Origin: Chloroflexota bacterium
GTDB taxonomy: Bacteria > Chloroflexota > Anaerolineae > Aggregatilineales > UBA3940
Assembly: GCA_010092885.1 (NCBI GenBank)
Contig: JAADYX010000080.1
Coordinates: forward strand, 12,111-76,110
Length of the DNA stretch: 64,000 nt
Reading direction: 5' to 3'
Position 1 is the stretch's first letter; each line of letters begins with the position of its first letter. Made by a program: the position numbers and the translations under genes. This document shows, piece after piece, positions 55,768 through 64,000 of this stretch. Below the pieces are notes generated by a model. It had not been told where the DNA came from, did not search any database, and worked only from the letters and a program-made list of their open reading frames with translations.

Positions 55768-56910
55768 TTATTCATCTGCCTCAATGATGGCGAAGGCCTG
55801 CTCCTCGATCAGGGCAGCTTGAAGTAGATCGGCATCATAGGCTGACTCTGCGATCTCAAACAGAGCCTCGGGATCGCCAGCATAGACACTCAACTGCGCC
55901 CAGGTGAGCAGCACAGCAGGCCAGTCATCTGCCAGATCGCGGATCTGGACAGCGTGGATCAGCAGCGCTTCACCCGCCGCATCCTGCCCGAGCATCATCT
56001 CCGCAGTGCCCAGATTGTGCAGTGCCGCAGCCGTGGCCAGGGTATCAGCCTGTGTTTCCCAGATGCGCAGGCTTTCACGGAACTGCCGCGCAGCGATCTC
56101 CCAGTCACCAAAGACAGCGTAAATCACACCCAGCTGATCGCGCAGCCTGGCCTGCAAAACAGGATCATCCCGCGATTGGTCCAAGGCTTCCAACAACAGA
56201 TCGGCTGTTTCGACGAGCGCCTGCTCGGTTGCAAACAGACAGGCTTCGTCCAGCAGGCGGATTGTCTCCGGGGTGTCTGCTTCCAGGCGACAGGGGCCAC
56301 CATACCAGGCGCGCCAATCCAGAAAGATGCCATCGTATTCCAGTTCACCAAAGGCGGGTTCCAGCAGGCTTTCCGCAGGCCGGTCGGATTCATCTGGGAA
56401 GGGCAGTGCTGTGATGCCGAACGGTATCCGCTCTTCGAATACGTCTCCGTTCACTTCCACGAAAATGATGGCCTGCCCGGTATAGGCTCCCGCCTCCGGG
56501 ATTTCGACGACTGCGTCGACGGTATCCTGCCAGAGATCCGGGCCGATCTTATCGACATGATCCAGGTACCCTTCACCGACCACACCCAGCCCCTCGATCT
56601 CGACAATGATCTCGCCACCCGCTGCGCCGGATGTTCCTTCCGGCCATACCAGGGCCCACTGCGTCCGCAGGTGGTAGGGCTCGCCCACAAGGATATAGTC
56701 ACGTTCGGGCAGCGGTTCAGCCGAGATCGTCACCGCCGGTTCACCGGAGGAAAACGCGACGCCTACACCTGCCACTGGGCGCACCACACCCTCGTCGACA
56801 AGGGGGAGGCCACTGGCAAAAGGGCGCGGATCCTCCTGACCGACCGCCACCTGAATGACCCGACAACCAGCCAGCAGCAGTATTGCCAGCAGGACCACGC
56901 TCCGTTTCAT
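55768..56910 (-). CDS. Lipoprotein with C-terminal TPR-like repeats
   Basis: Lipobox LLLAGC. The C-terminal helical repeats include LHNLGTAEMMLGQ, typical of TPR. The start overlaps the kinase stop by 4 nt. Confidence 0.65.
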   Translation of the reverse strand: MKRSVVLLAILLLAGCRVIQVAVGQEDPRPFASGLPLVDEGVVRPVAGVGVAFSSGEPAVTISAEPLPERDYILVGEPYHLRTQWALVWPEGTSGAAGGEIIVEIEGLGVVGEGYLDHVDKIGPDLWQDTVDAVVEIPEAGAYTGQAIIFVEVNGDVFEERIPFGITALPFPDESDRPAESLLEPAFGELEYDGIFLDWRAWYGGPCRLEADTPETIRLLDEACLFATEQALVETADLLLEALDQSRDDPVLQARLRDQLGVIYAVFGDWEIAARQFRESLRIWETQADTLATAAALHNLGTAEMMLGQDAAGEALLIHAVQIRDLADDWPAVLLTWAQLSVYAGDPEALFEIAESAYDADLLQAALIEEQAFAIIEADE

Positions 56911-58061
56911 GAGGGGGTCTCCCCAGTGCGCGGCAGTCGGATGGTAATTATGGTGCCTGTGCCGGGTGTGCTGGCTGCGTGAACGCTGCCCTCATGCATC
57001 TCGATGATCTTCTTCACGATGGATAACCCAAGACCGCTGCCACTGCCTTGGGAACGGGCGCGCACCAACGGCTCAAAGATGCGATCCGGGAGGTACTCTG
57101 GTGGGATGCCTTCACCGTTGTCGCTGAACCGGATGACATAGTCGGCTGCTTCACAGGTAACCTCGACTATCAGCCGGCCGTTGTCTCCCGAGTACTTCAA
57201 GCTGTTATCGATCAGATTCTCAAACGCGCGCACGAGCAGATCCCGATCCCCGAAGAACGTCAGTGCACCGGATTGAGTCTCGAGTTCGAGCGTTTTTCCC
57301 TCGCGCATAGCTTGTTCATCAGCAGCGAAGATGGCCTCTTCGAGCACATCACTCAGGTGGAGCAGCTCCCTTTCGAGCGGGACGTACGCCAATCGGGCGT
57401 CGAAAAGCAGGCTGTCTACGAGGCGGGCCAGCCGCCGTGCCTCACGCTCAATTGTAGCCGCTGACCGTCGCGACGACTCCGGTTCAAAGGTGGGTGACTG
57501 GTGCAGATTTGCGGCATGGGCGATGATGCCCGCCAGCGGATTGCGCATATCGTGCACAATGCGGTGGATGAAATTCTCATAGAAGGTGGTTTGCTCGGCT
57601 TCAGCCTGCAGCGGACGCGCGATCACGGCTGTGCGCCGGCGCGCTAATGGGATGATCTGCACCGCGTAGCGCCGCGCATCGCTGAGGGCGCATACACGCA
57701 TACGTGTACGGCCGCTCGTTTTTGCAGCTTCAACCAGCTCAGCGACCTCATCGGGCAGCGGATCGAGGGCAGCAGCCGCGAGAGGATTCGACCAGAGGGG
57801 TTGGCCGTTCGCCCGGAGCACAAGCACAGCATCGCTCAAATGGCTGGCGAACCGGGCAGGCCCTGTCTCCGGTAGAGGGCGGGCCCACACCGCAACCAGC
57901 ACGACGATTGTGAGCAGGCCGCCCGCGAACCACAGCAAAGCCCATACGGAATCAAAGCGCAGTATGATCAATGCTTGCGGATCGGTAAGTTGGATGAGCA
58001 CAAGGGCCAGCACCATCCACAGACCGACCATGGCGGCACTAATCCCGCGCAGGTACTTCAT
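56907..58061 (-). CDS. Sensor histidine kinase with minimal extracytoplasmic loop (intramembrane-sensing type)
   Basis: Two TM helices separated by about 13 residues. H-box HDMRNPL, N-box NLIDNSLKYS, G-boxes DNGEGI and GSGLGLSIV. Confidence 0.9.
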   Translation of the reverse strand: MKYLRGISAAMVGLWMVLALVLIQLTDPQALIILRFDSVWALLWFAGGLLTIVVLVAVWARPLPETGPARFASHLSDAVLVLRANGQPLWSNPLAAAALDPLPDEVAELVEAAKTSGRTRMRVCALSDARRYAVQIIPLARRRTAVIARPLQAEAEQTTFYENFIHRIVHDMRNPLAGIIAHAANLHQSPTFEPESSRRSAATIEREARRLARLVDSLLFDARLAYVPLERELLHLSDVLEEAIFAADEQAMREGKTLELETQSGALTFFGDRDLLVRAFENLIDNSLKYSGDNGRLIVEVTCEAADYVIRFSDNGEGIPPEYLPDRIFEPLVRARSQGSGSGLGLSIVKKIIEMHEGSVHAASTPGTGTIITIRLPRTGETPS

Positions 58062-58780
58062 GGCTGCACCAGCCTGTATCCTACACCGTGCACGGTCTCG
58101 ATCAGCTCATCCCGTTCCAGATGAAGCTTGCGGCGCAGTGCCGCGATATGCCGGTCTACAGTGCGCGGATAGCCGACCCAGTCCACACCCCAGACACGGT
58201 CCAACAGATCTTCACGGGACCACTGCCGGTTCGGATGGCGCGCGAGGAAGGTCAGCAGAGCAAACTCAATAGGGGTCAAATCGATCTCAACACCTTCTCG
58301 GGCAACGCGGAACTTCTCCATATCAATTACAATATCCGTGCCAATGCGCAGGCGGTCACTGGGCTCAGCGTTTTCGCGGCGGATATGGGTCACAGCACTG
58401 AGGGTGGCCCGGATCTGGCTGGCCAGGGCGTCATTGTCCCAGGGTTTGGTTACAAAAGCGATGGCCCCCTGTCCCAAACTCTCGACCTGCCACTCGGGGT
58501 AGGAGGTCAGCATGATGATCGGGATGAAACGTTCGCGCTGGCGTAAGCGGCGGCAGACTTCGATTCCGCTCATCCGCGAAGGGTCACTCTCGTCGAGTAC
58601 GACATCCAACAGTACCAGATTCGGGCGCACCTGCTCCACCAGATCGAGTGCCTGTGGACCAGTTTCAGCCGTGTAGACACGGTAGCCAATTCGCCCCAGA
58701 AAGGTTTTAAGAGCAGAGCGTATCGACTCTTCATCGTCCACAATAAGAATGGTCTCGTCCATACCCGCATTGTACGCCAT
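58058..58780 (-). CDS. OmpR/PhoB-family response regulator
   Basis: Receiver (ILIVDDEE...LLDVVL...KP) plus a winged-helix output (LTPIEFALL...VGYRL). Start is ATG 58780 or 58762. Confidence 0.9.
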   Translation of the reverse strand: MAYNAGMDETILIVDDEESIRSALKTFLGRIGYRVYTAETGPQALDLVEQVRPNLVLLDVVLDESDPSRMSGIEVCRRLRQRERFIPIIMLTSYPEWQVESLGQGAIAFVTKPWDNDALASQIRATLSAVTHIRRENAEPSDRLRIGTDIVIDMEKFRVAREGVEIDLTPIEFALLTFLARHPNRQWSREDLLDRVWGVDWVGYPRTVDRHIAALRRKLHLERDELIETVHGVGYRLVQP

Positions 58781-58807
58781 ATCAGGTGTGGAATTGCAAC
58801 GATTTCG

Positions 58808-60178
58808 TCACACCTGGCGGAGGGCTGCCTGCTTAAACAGGCTGCCACGCTCCCGGTAGTCACGGAAATTGGCATAGCTGGGGCTGGCCGGGCTCAGCAG
58901 CACAACATCACCGGGCTGTGTTCTGGCCCGCACAAAGGCAACTGCTTCGGCCATGTCACCCGTGGTCAGGTTCGGCGGGAGACCGTCCATCTGTGCAGCC
59001 AGTTCTGCCTTGATCCGTTCGCCGGATGGCGGAAAAAAGACCAACGCGCGAAGCTCTCGTTTGGTGAGGGCGCGCACCAGGCTGGTGAAATCCACGCCGC
59101 GGTCCGTGCCACCGAGGATCAGGGCCAGCGGTGCACCGGAGAATGTCTCCATGGCGGCGATGGTGGCCTCCGGTATGGTGGAAAGCGAGTCATCGACATA
59201 GCGCACACCATCAACCTCAGCGACCAGTGCCAGCCGGTGCGCCAACGGCTCGAAGTCTCGCAGCGCAGCGCCGGTTATATCACCGGGTAGGCCATGCAGG
59301 TGGCCGATCACGACGGCTGGCATTACGTTTTGCAGATTGAAGCGACCAGCCAGGGGGACATCCATGCTGTGGAGCACGCGCTCACCATGCAGCACGATCC
59401 AGCCTTCTGAGTCCACCGCGCAGTCGAAATTGCCTTCCAGGCCGAAGGTCCACTTAGAGGCTGGTGTCAGACCGGCGATCTGTGTGGGGATAGGATAAGC
59501 GGCATTGAACACGAACATATCGTTCTGGGTTTGGTAGCGGGCAATGTTCGCTTTGGCATCCACATAGGCTTCAAACGTTCCGTGATAGTTCAGGTGCTCG
59601 GGTACGATGTTTTGCAGCACGGCGATCTGCGGCCCGGTTGTGATGTCAAGCAGTTGGTAGCTGGAGAGTTCCATCACAAAAACGTCCGCCGGGTGCTTGA
59701 GCATACTCAGCGGCGCAATGCCAATGTTGCCGACAAGTTGGGCATCTATCCCACCTGCCCGCAGCACACGATGAATCACTGCGGTGGTTGTGCTCTTGCC
59801 CTTGGTGCCCGTAATACCGATAACCGGCCGGGTGCACAGGTCGAGGAACAGGGCTGTGTTGCTGGTGATGCGCGTGCCAGCTGCCACCGCTTCACGGATT
59901 GGTGGTAGGCTGGGCGGGATGCCTGGCGACTTGAAGACCACATCAGCTTGAGTGAGGCTGTCAAGATGTGAGTCGCCGCTGTGGAACTCAACAAGCGTGT
60001 CGGATTCGACAATACGCCGCATGTCGGCGCCAAGCTCTGCCAACGACGCGCGGTCGGCAAGAATGAGAGGCTGCTCAGGCAGGTGTTCACGCAGGAACAC
60101 ATACGTGCTCTGACCCTCACGCCCCATGCCCAGCAGCACGATCCGCTGCCCGCGCAGACCCTCAAGCATGGAGCGCAT
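58808..60178 (-). CDS. murD: UDP-N-acetylmuramoyl-L-alanine--glutamate ligase (MurD; possibly the L-Glu-adding MurD2 type)
   Basis: GITGTKGKSTT P-loop and Mur ligase middle and C-terminal domains. The start overlaps the upstream gene by 8-17 nt. Confidence 0.9.
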   Translation of the reverse strand: MRSMLEGLRGQRIVLLGMGREGQSTYVFLREHLPEQPLILADRASLAELGADMRRIVESDTLVEFHSGDSHLDSLTQADVVFKSPGIPPSLPPIREAVAAGTRITSNTALFLDLCTRPVIGITGTKGKSTTTAVIHRVLRAGGIDAQLVGNIGIAPLSMLKHPADVFVMELSSYQLLDITTGPQIAVLQNIVPEHLNYHGTFEAYVDAKANIARYQTQNDMFVFNAAYPIPTQIAGLTPASKWTFGLEGNFDCAVDSEGWIVLHGERVLHSMDVPLAGRFNLQNVMPAVVIGHLHGLPGDITGAALRDFEPLAHRLALVAEVDGVRYVDDSLSTIPEATIAAMETFSGAPLALILGGTDRGVDFTSLVRALTKRELRALVFFPPSGERIKAELAAQMDGLPPNLTTGDMAEAVAFVRARTQPGDVVLLSPASPSYANFRDYRERGSLFKQAALRQV

Positions 60179-61493
60179 CTTTCAGCAGAGCAACCAGGTC
60201 AGCCGGGAGGGCGTGCTCCGGATTCCACGCATCCAACAGGGTTTTGTCAACGGGCGGGAGTTCCGGGGCGAGTGCGGCCAACAGCGGCGGGGTCGGATTG
60301 CCTGCCTGCTGAAGGCTCATGCTGAATGCAAGTGCGGTTTCAGCATGTGTGCCCACACATTCGAAAGGCTTTTGGTCGGCGGTGCCGATCAACTCATGCG
60401 CAATAGGCAGCAGATCGGTGTCATGGAAGAGATCGTGGTCGAAGATGGTGCTCAGCCCCTCCCATCCGATGAAAGGATACAGCGCCGTAAAGACAAACAG
60501 GCACTTAGAGCACTCATGGCACCATGTGTTTGTTTTCTGACCGCGGTTGCAGCTGAGAAACACTTGATGGTAGTCAGGCATTCTGGCAAACAACCGTGCG
60601 ATCTGTACTTCATACAGCGGGCGTAGGAAAGAGAAGTACACCACCGGGCCAATGTACCTATCTACATACTGCCGGAAGGCCTGCTCAAATTCGAACGTTT
60701 TGGAATACTGGTGGTTGATCTCCCGCCCCAACCAGAACACATTGCCTTCGTTGGAACTGCGTTCGTTGGAAAGCACTATATGACTGTAGCCAAAGATCTG
60801 GGCGCAGGCTGTGCTCACGAAGGCAACCACAGAAGAAAAGGGCGTGTGGCCGTTCAGATAGCCCGCAGCATTGAGGTCGAGTAGGCGGCGGTCGATGCGC
60901 CGGGTCACCCGGATCTGCTCGGTGCACCCCTCCATCATCAGCGAGGCGGCCGCAATAGGGTTCAGCCCGAAACAGGCGTGAGGCAGATCGCGCAGCAGTT
61001 GCAGCGTGACGGCCGAGTCCTTACCCCCGCCGATAGGGATCAGAAAGCGCCGTTCATCGAAAATGCGCTCATCACGCGCAAAAGGCTCCTCTTCGTTTTC
61101 TGCCAGGATGCGGACAAAACCCGGTTGTGTGAAGTCAATCTGGTTGACGTTGAAGTACTCACCCATCCCCTCAAGCAGCAGCTTGTGCCACCAGGTGATC
61201 TGCGCGCCATCTAATGGACCGGCTGCCACCACGATCTCGGGCGAGGCAGCGGCCTTCCAGTAGCTGGGGATTTCCGCCAGGCCAAGGTGAAAGGTGAGGT
61301 TCTCCAGTACACCGGGTGGCAGTGCGGAGGCCGGTTTCGCTGCGTTGTGGAGAGTCAATGTAGGCGCGAATTCAATATCCGGTTCGATCAGAAAATCGAA
61401 GGTCAGGCGGAGATCGCCGTCCTGCTCGGCGATATCATATCCACGGTAGACGAAACGCGGGTGTTGCTTACGCAGTGCATCAAGTGAAGGCAT
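60162..61493 (-). CDS. murL: Candidate MurL (UDP-MurNAc-L-Ala-L-Glu epimerase): PP-loop-like ATP-utilising protein coupled to murD
   Basis: Internal LIPIGGGKDS (an SGGxDS-like PP-loop) and Cys cluster CNRGQKTNTWCHECSKC. Its 443-aa size and overlap with murD match what I recall of the MurD2/MurL pair. I cannot verify the sequence-level match here. Confidence 0.5.
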   Translation of the reverse strand: MPSLDALRKQHPRFVYRGYDIAEQDGDLRLTFDFLIEPDIEFAPTLTLHNAAKPASALPPGVLENLTFHLGLAEIPSYWKAAASPEIVVAAGPLDGAQITWWHKLLLEGMGEYFNVNQIDFTQPGFVRILAENEEEPFARDERIFDERRFLIPIGGGKDSAVTLQLLRDLPHACFGLNPIAAASLMMEGCTEQIRVTRRIDRRLLDLNAAGYLNGHTPFSSVVAFVSTACAQIFGYSHIVLSNERSSNEGNVFWLGREINHQYSKTFEFEQAFRQYVDRYIGPVVYFSFLRPLYEVQIARLFARMPDYHQVFLSCNRGQKTNTWCHECSKCLFVFTALYPFIGWEGLSTIFDHDLFHDTDLLPIAHELIGTADQKPFECVGTHAETALAFSMSLQQAGNPTPPLLAALAPELPPVDKTLLDAWNPEHALPADLVALLKDALHA

Positions 61494-61541
61494 GTTGCGT
61501 CCTGAGTGTGCTGTTTGGCGGCGACTCTACCCTTACGGAGT

Positions 61542-61583
61542 AAAAAAATGCAAGGGCGCAGCACACCACGACTGCGCCCTTGC
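61542..61583 (-). terminator. Strong intrinsic terminator about 140 nt downstream of mscL
   Basis: Perfect 12-bp stem GCAAGGGCGCAG / CTGCGCCCTTGC with a 10-nt loop. A run of 7 U follows on the minus strand (61542-61548). Confidence 0.75.
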
Positions 61584-61721
61584 TGCCCAAGAGAGGGAAG
61601 AATGGGGAGGAGAACCGAGCACCACGTTCATTCGTGTAATGCCCTGTTGTCACAACCATTGTGCCATACATGGTCCCCAGGGTCCAGGGTTTTAACGGCG
61701 TTGATATGATTTCGTTATGTC

Positions 61722-62168
61722 TTACTGGTCCAGCTTCTTTTCAATGGAGGTGAGAACAGCCAACATCTTCTCTTGAACGGTGGGGGCTGGCGGTGCGGCC
61801 GGTGGCTCCTCTTGTTCTCTGAGGGCGCGCAGCCGGTTGATCCCGCGTACCAGCAGAAAAACTGCCAGCGCAATAATCAAAAAGGTGATGATGTTGTTGA
61901 TGAACAGGCCGATGTTTATGGTCGCGGCACCTGCTTCCTGCGCAGCGGCTAACGACTCGTAGTCACCGCCGGAGAGATTGATGTAAAGTTGGGTGAAGTC
62001 CACCCCGCCAATAAGCAGCCCGATCGGGGGCATGATGATATCGTTAACCAGGGAGTTGACCACCGTCGTAAACGCACTGCCGATGATAATGCCGACCGCG
62101 AGGTCAATGACACTGCCGCGAGCAATGAAGTCACGGAATTCCTTGAACATGAAGTTCGCTTTCGTCAA
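61722..62168 (-). CDS. mscL: Large-conductance mechanosensitive channel
   Basis: FKEFRDFIARGSVIDLAVGIIIGSAF...IIMPPIGLLIGGVDF is near-canonical MscL. Confidence 0.95.
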   Translation of the reverse strand: MTKANFMFKEFRDFIARGSVIDLAVGIIIGSAFTTVVNSLVNDIIMPPIGLLIGGVDFTQLYINLSGGDYESLAAAQEAGAATINIGLFINNIITFLIIALAVFLLVRGINRLRALREQEEPPAAPPAPTVQEKMLAVLTSIEKKLDQ

Positions 62169-62247
62169 ATCGTGAACATGGATTCAGAGCATAACACAAA
62201 CCCCGGTACAATTAGGGCACACACTCCTCACACCCATTGGAGCAGAT

Positions 62248-63024
62248 ATGGCGTACGAAAACATCCTCACAGAGATCCATGAGCGTGTTGGCCTGGTGAC
62301 TATCAACCGTCCCAAGGCGCTTAATGCTCTCAACAGCCAGACCATGCAGGAGATCTATGATGCACTGAGCGCGTACGACGCCAACGACTCGATTGGTGCG
62401 ATGGTGCTCACAGGCAGCGAAAAAGCCTTCGCCGCGGGTGCAGACATCAAGGAGATGATGGATGCATCAGCCGTGGAGATGGTCCGGCGTGACTTCATCG
62501 GTGCCCTATATGACAGTATTATGGCGATCAACAAGCCAGTCATCGCTGCGGTGAGCGGTTTCGCGCTGGGCGGTGGCTGTGAACTGGCCATGGCCTGTGA
62601 CATGATCATCGCCAGCGAGAGCGCAGTGTTCGGGCAACCAGAGATCAACCTCGGCGTGATTCCCGGCGCGGGTGGCACACAGCGTCTGGTGCGCGCGGTG
62701 GGCAAGGCCCTCGCCATGGAGGTGGTGCTCAACGACCGCCGCCTGACCGCCGAAGAGGCCTACCAGTTTGGGCTGGTCAACCGAGTCTACTCGACAGAAG
62801 CCTATCTGAATGAGGCGCTGCGCATCGCCAATGAGATCGCCGCGCGTGCACCCATTGCAGTCCGGTTGGCCAAGGAGATGGTGAACAAGTCGTTCGAGGT
62901 CAGCCTGCGTGAGGGCCTGGCACAGGAACGCCGCAACTTCTATTTCCTGTTCTCCACGGAGGATCAAAGCGAGGGCATGCAGGCTTTCGCAGAGAAACGC
63001 CCTGCCGACTGGAAAGGCCACTGA
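62248..63024 (+). CDS. Enoyl-CoA hydratase (crotonase family, short-chain type)
   Basis: AFAAGADIKEM and GGGCELAMACDMIIAS oxyanion-hole and catalytic segments. Confidence 0.9.
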   Translation: MAYENILTEIHERVGLVTINRPKALNALNSQTMQEIYDALSAYDANDSIGAMVLTGSEKAFAAGADIKEMMDASAVEMVRRDFIGALYDSIMAINKPVIAAVSGFALGGGCELAMACDMIIASESAVFGQPEINLGVIPGAGGTQRLVRAVGKALAMEVVLNDRRLTAEEAYQFGLVNRVYSTEAYLNEALRIANEIAARAPIAVRLAKEMVNKSFEVSLREGLAQERRNFYFLFSTEDQSEGMQAFAEKRPADWKGH

Positions 63025-63045
63025 GTCGTCGCTATACTGGCCGGT

Positions 63046-64000
63046 ATGGAACGAACTGGCTTTATCCTGTTGATGCTCATCGCGGCGGTCCTCGCCTGTG
63101 TGGGTACCGCGCCCACCCCGGAAGATGTGCCGTCCGTGGCTGACCTGGCCACAGCAACCCCAGGGGGGCAGATCTCTGTCTCCCTGCTTACTGAGACGCT
63201 GCCGGCCGCGGGTTCACAATCGGATGCGCAGGTGATCGGGCCGGTTGCCACACAGACCGCCGCTGCTGAAGAGATGGCCGCGCTGACAGCGACCGCCATG
63301 CAGCCTACCCCCACCATCCCGGGGATTTTCACCAATCCGGCTGTATGCCCGCCGCCGGGCAACCCCACCCTTCCCAGCGAACCACCGCCCTTCCAGCAGT
63401 ACGCTGAGATGCTGGCGAGTTTTCTTTCCGAGGGCGGTGCCCCAACCGTTCTGGAGGCCACCCTACGCTCGTGGAATGCTATCGGTGGCACGGGTGGGCT
63501 GATCGTCTCCGACCGTGACCTGACGGGTGACGGAGTGCCGGAGATCCTGGTGATAGTGCAGGATCCGCGCAACAACGATCGCTTCCCACAGCCGGGTGAT
63601 ATGTTCGTCTTCGGCTGCAATGTGGACAGCTACCGGCTGCTGTATACGGCCGGTTATGCGCTCACGCGGGGTACGCCTGTCCTGTTCAGCGCGGACGACC
63701 TGAACGGCAATTTCATCAACGATCTGGTGTACAGCGTGCAGTTCTGCGAAGGGGCGGTTTGCTTCCAGGATGTCAACATTGTGGAATGGAGCCTCCAGCT
63801 GGAGACGTTTGAACGGCTGCATGCTGAAGATATCGTCGAACCCTTTGCGCAGATCGAAGTATTCGATGCCAACAACGACGGCCTGCAAGAAGTTACTGTC
63901 TCCACGGGTACCGTTGCCGCACCAGAAGCCGGCCCGCAGCGGACTTACACCACCACCTACCGCTGGGATGGCAGCCTGTTTACCATCTCGCAGCGCGTTG
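63046..64000 (+). CDS. Hypothetical lipoprotein with FG-GAP/VCBS-like Asp-rich repeats; 3' end outside window
   Basis: Absent from the ORF track because it has no stop in the window. The ATG at 63046 gives MERTGFILLMLIAAVLAC (lipobox), and the frame stays open to base 64000. Repeats DLTGDGVPEILV, DDLNGNFINDLVY, DANNDGLQEVTV. Confidence 0.65.
   Translation, partial: MERTGFILLMLIAAVLACVGTAPTPEDVPSVADLATATPGGQISVSLLTETLPAAGSQSDAQVIGPVATQTAAAEEMAALTATAMQPTPTIPGIFTNPAVCPPPGNPTLPSEPPPFQQYAEMLASFLSEGGAPTVLEATLRSWNAIGGTGGLIVSDRDLTGDGVPEILVIVQDPRNNDRFPQPGDMFVFGCNVDSYRLLYTAGYALTRGTPVLFSADDLNGNFINDLVYSVQFCEGAVCFQDVNIVEWSLQLETFERLHAEDIVEPFAQIEVFDANNDGLQEVTVSTGTVAAPEAGPQRTYTTTYRWDGSLFTISQRV

Noticed and set aside
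55954-56982. 342-aa plus-strand ORF
   Set aside because: It is antisense to the TPR lipoprotein and kinase genes, with low-complexity Arg/Gln/Pro content. The lipoprotein reading has a lipobox and a 4-nt coupling to the kinase gene.
61480-61671. 63-aa minus-strand ORF downstream of mscL
   Set aside because: It reads through the strong terminator hairpin into the murL-like start region, with no ribosome-binding site. The region is better explained as 3'UTR or sRNA.
1-64000. Search for CRISPR arrays, IS elements or transposases, integrases, prophage blocks, tRNA/rRNA genes and long dispersed repeats
   Set aside because: I found no regularly spaced direct repeats, no DDE/tyrosine/serine recombinase-like ORFs, no tRNA-like T-arm (GGTTCGAATCC-type) in any intergenic spacer, and no long duplicated segments by eye. 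A computational scan (tRNAscan-SE, Infernal, a CRISPR finder, self-dotplot) would be needed to exclude them formally.

Overview
Gene-dense, moderately GC-rich chromosomal segment with about 60 protein genes and mostly short or overlapping junctions. I saw no rRNA, tRNA, CRISPR array, transposase, integrase or prophage genes, so this reads as core chromosome, not a mobile island. The many lipobox lipoproteins, DUF360 fusion, GT-C enzyme and PQQ-propeller proteins suggest a Chloroflexota-like bacterium, but that is inference only. In order along the window: (1) a 5'-truncated secreted LTD/EEP nuclease. (2) A tetR-SDR operon with two copies of one palindromic operator. (3) A long minus-strand envelope array: MscS, GT-C glycosyltransferase, a 450-aa unknown protein, a DUF360/alpha-beta-hydrolase fusion and a PQQ beta-propeller. 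(4) An ABC-2 exporter, an orphan SdhA/FrdA-like flavoprotein and a decayed lipoprotein gene. (5) DtxR, then a very tight minus-strand array joining a glycan-modifying trio (GT4, heparinase II/III, bi-domain oxidoreductase) to aroC, an unknown gene, aroK, aroB, aroQ and a PfkB kinase. (6) A dnaJ-like/htrA pair. (7) Two paralogous HExxH lipoproteins flanking an O-methyltransferase and a CoA-type Nudix hydrolase. (8) infC-rpmI-rplT, where infC needs a non-canonical AUA start. (9) A fur-family regulator with a P1B-4 metal ATPase. (10) GDPD, MFS, msrA, DM13 and phosphodiester glycosidase genes. (11) An SbcD/Mre11-like nuclease with no SbcC, coupled to an internally duplicated unknown protein downstream of a stand-alone receiver. 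(12) A SufR-like regulator with an A-type Fe-S carrier. (13) A candidate murL-murD pair followed by an OmpR/intramembrane-type kinase/TPR-lipoprotein module. (14) mscL, a crotonase and a 3'-truncated lipoprotein. The best candidates for something not yet described are the SbcC-less nuclease module (50365-52940), the 450-aa duplicated protein in the envelope array (9433-10785), and the murL/murD-TCS-lipoprotein linkage (55768-61493). None can be proven from sequence alone.
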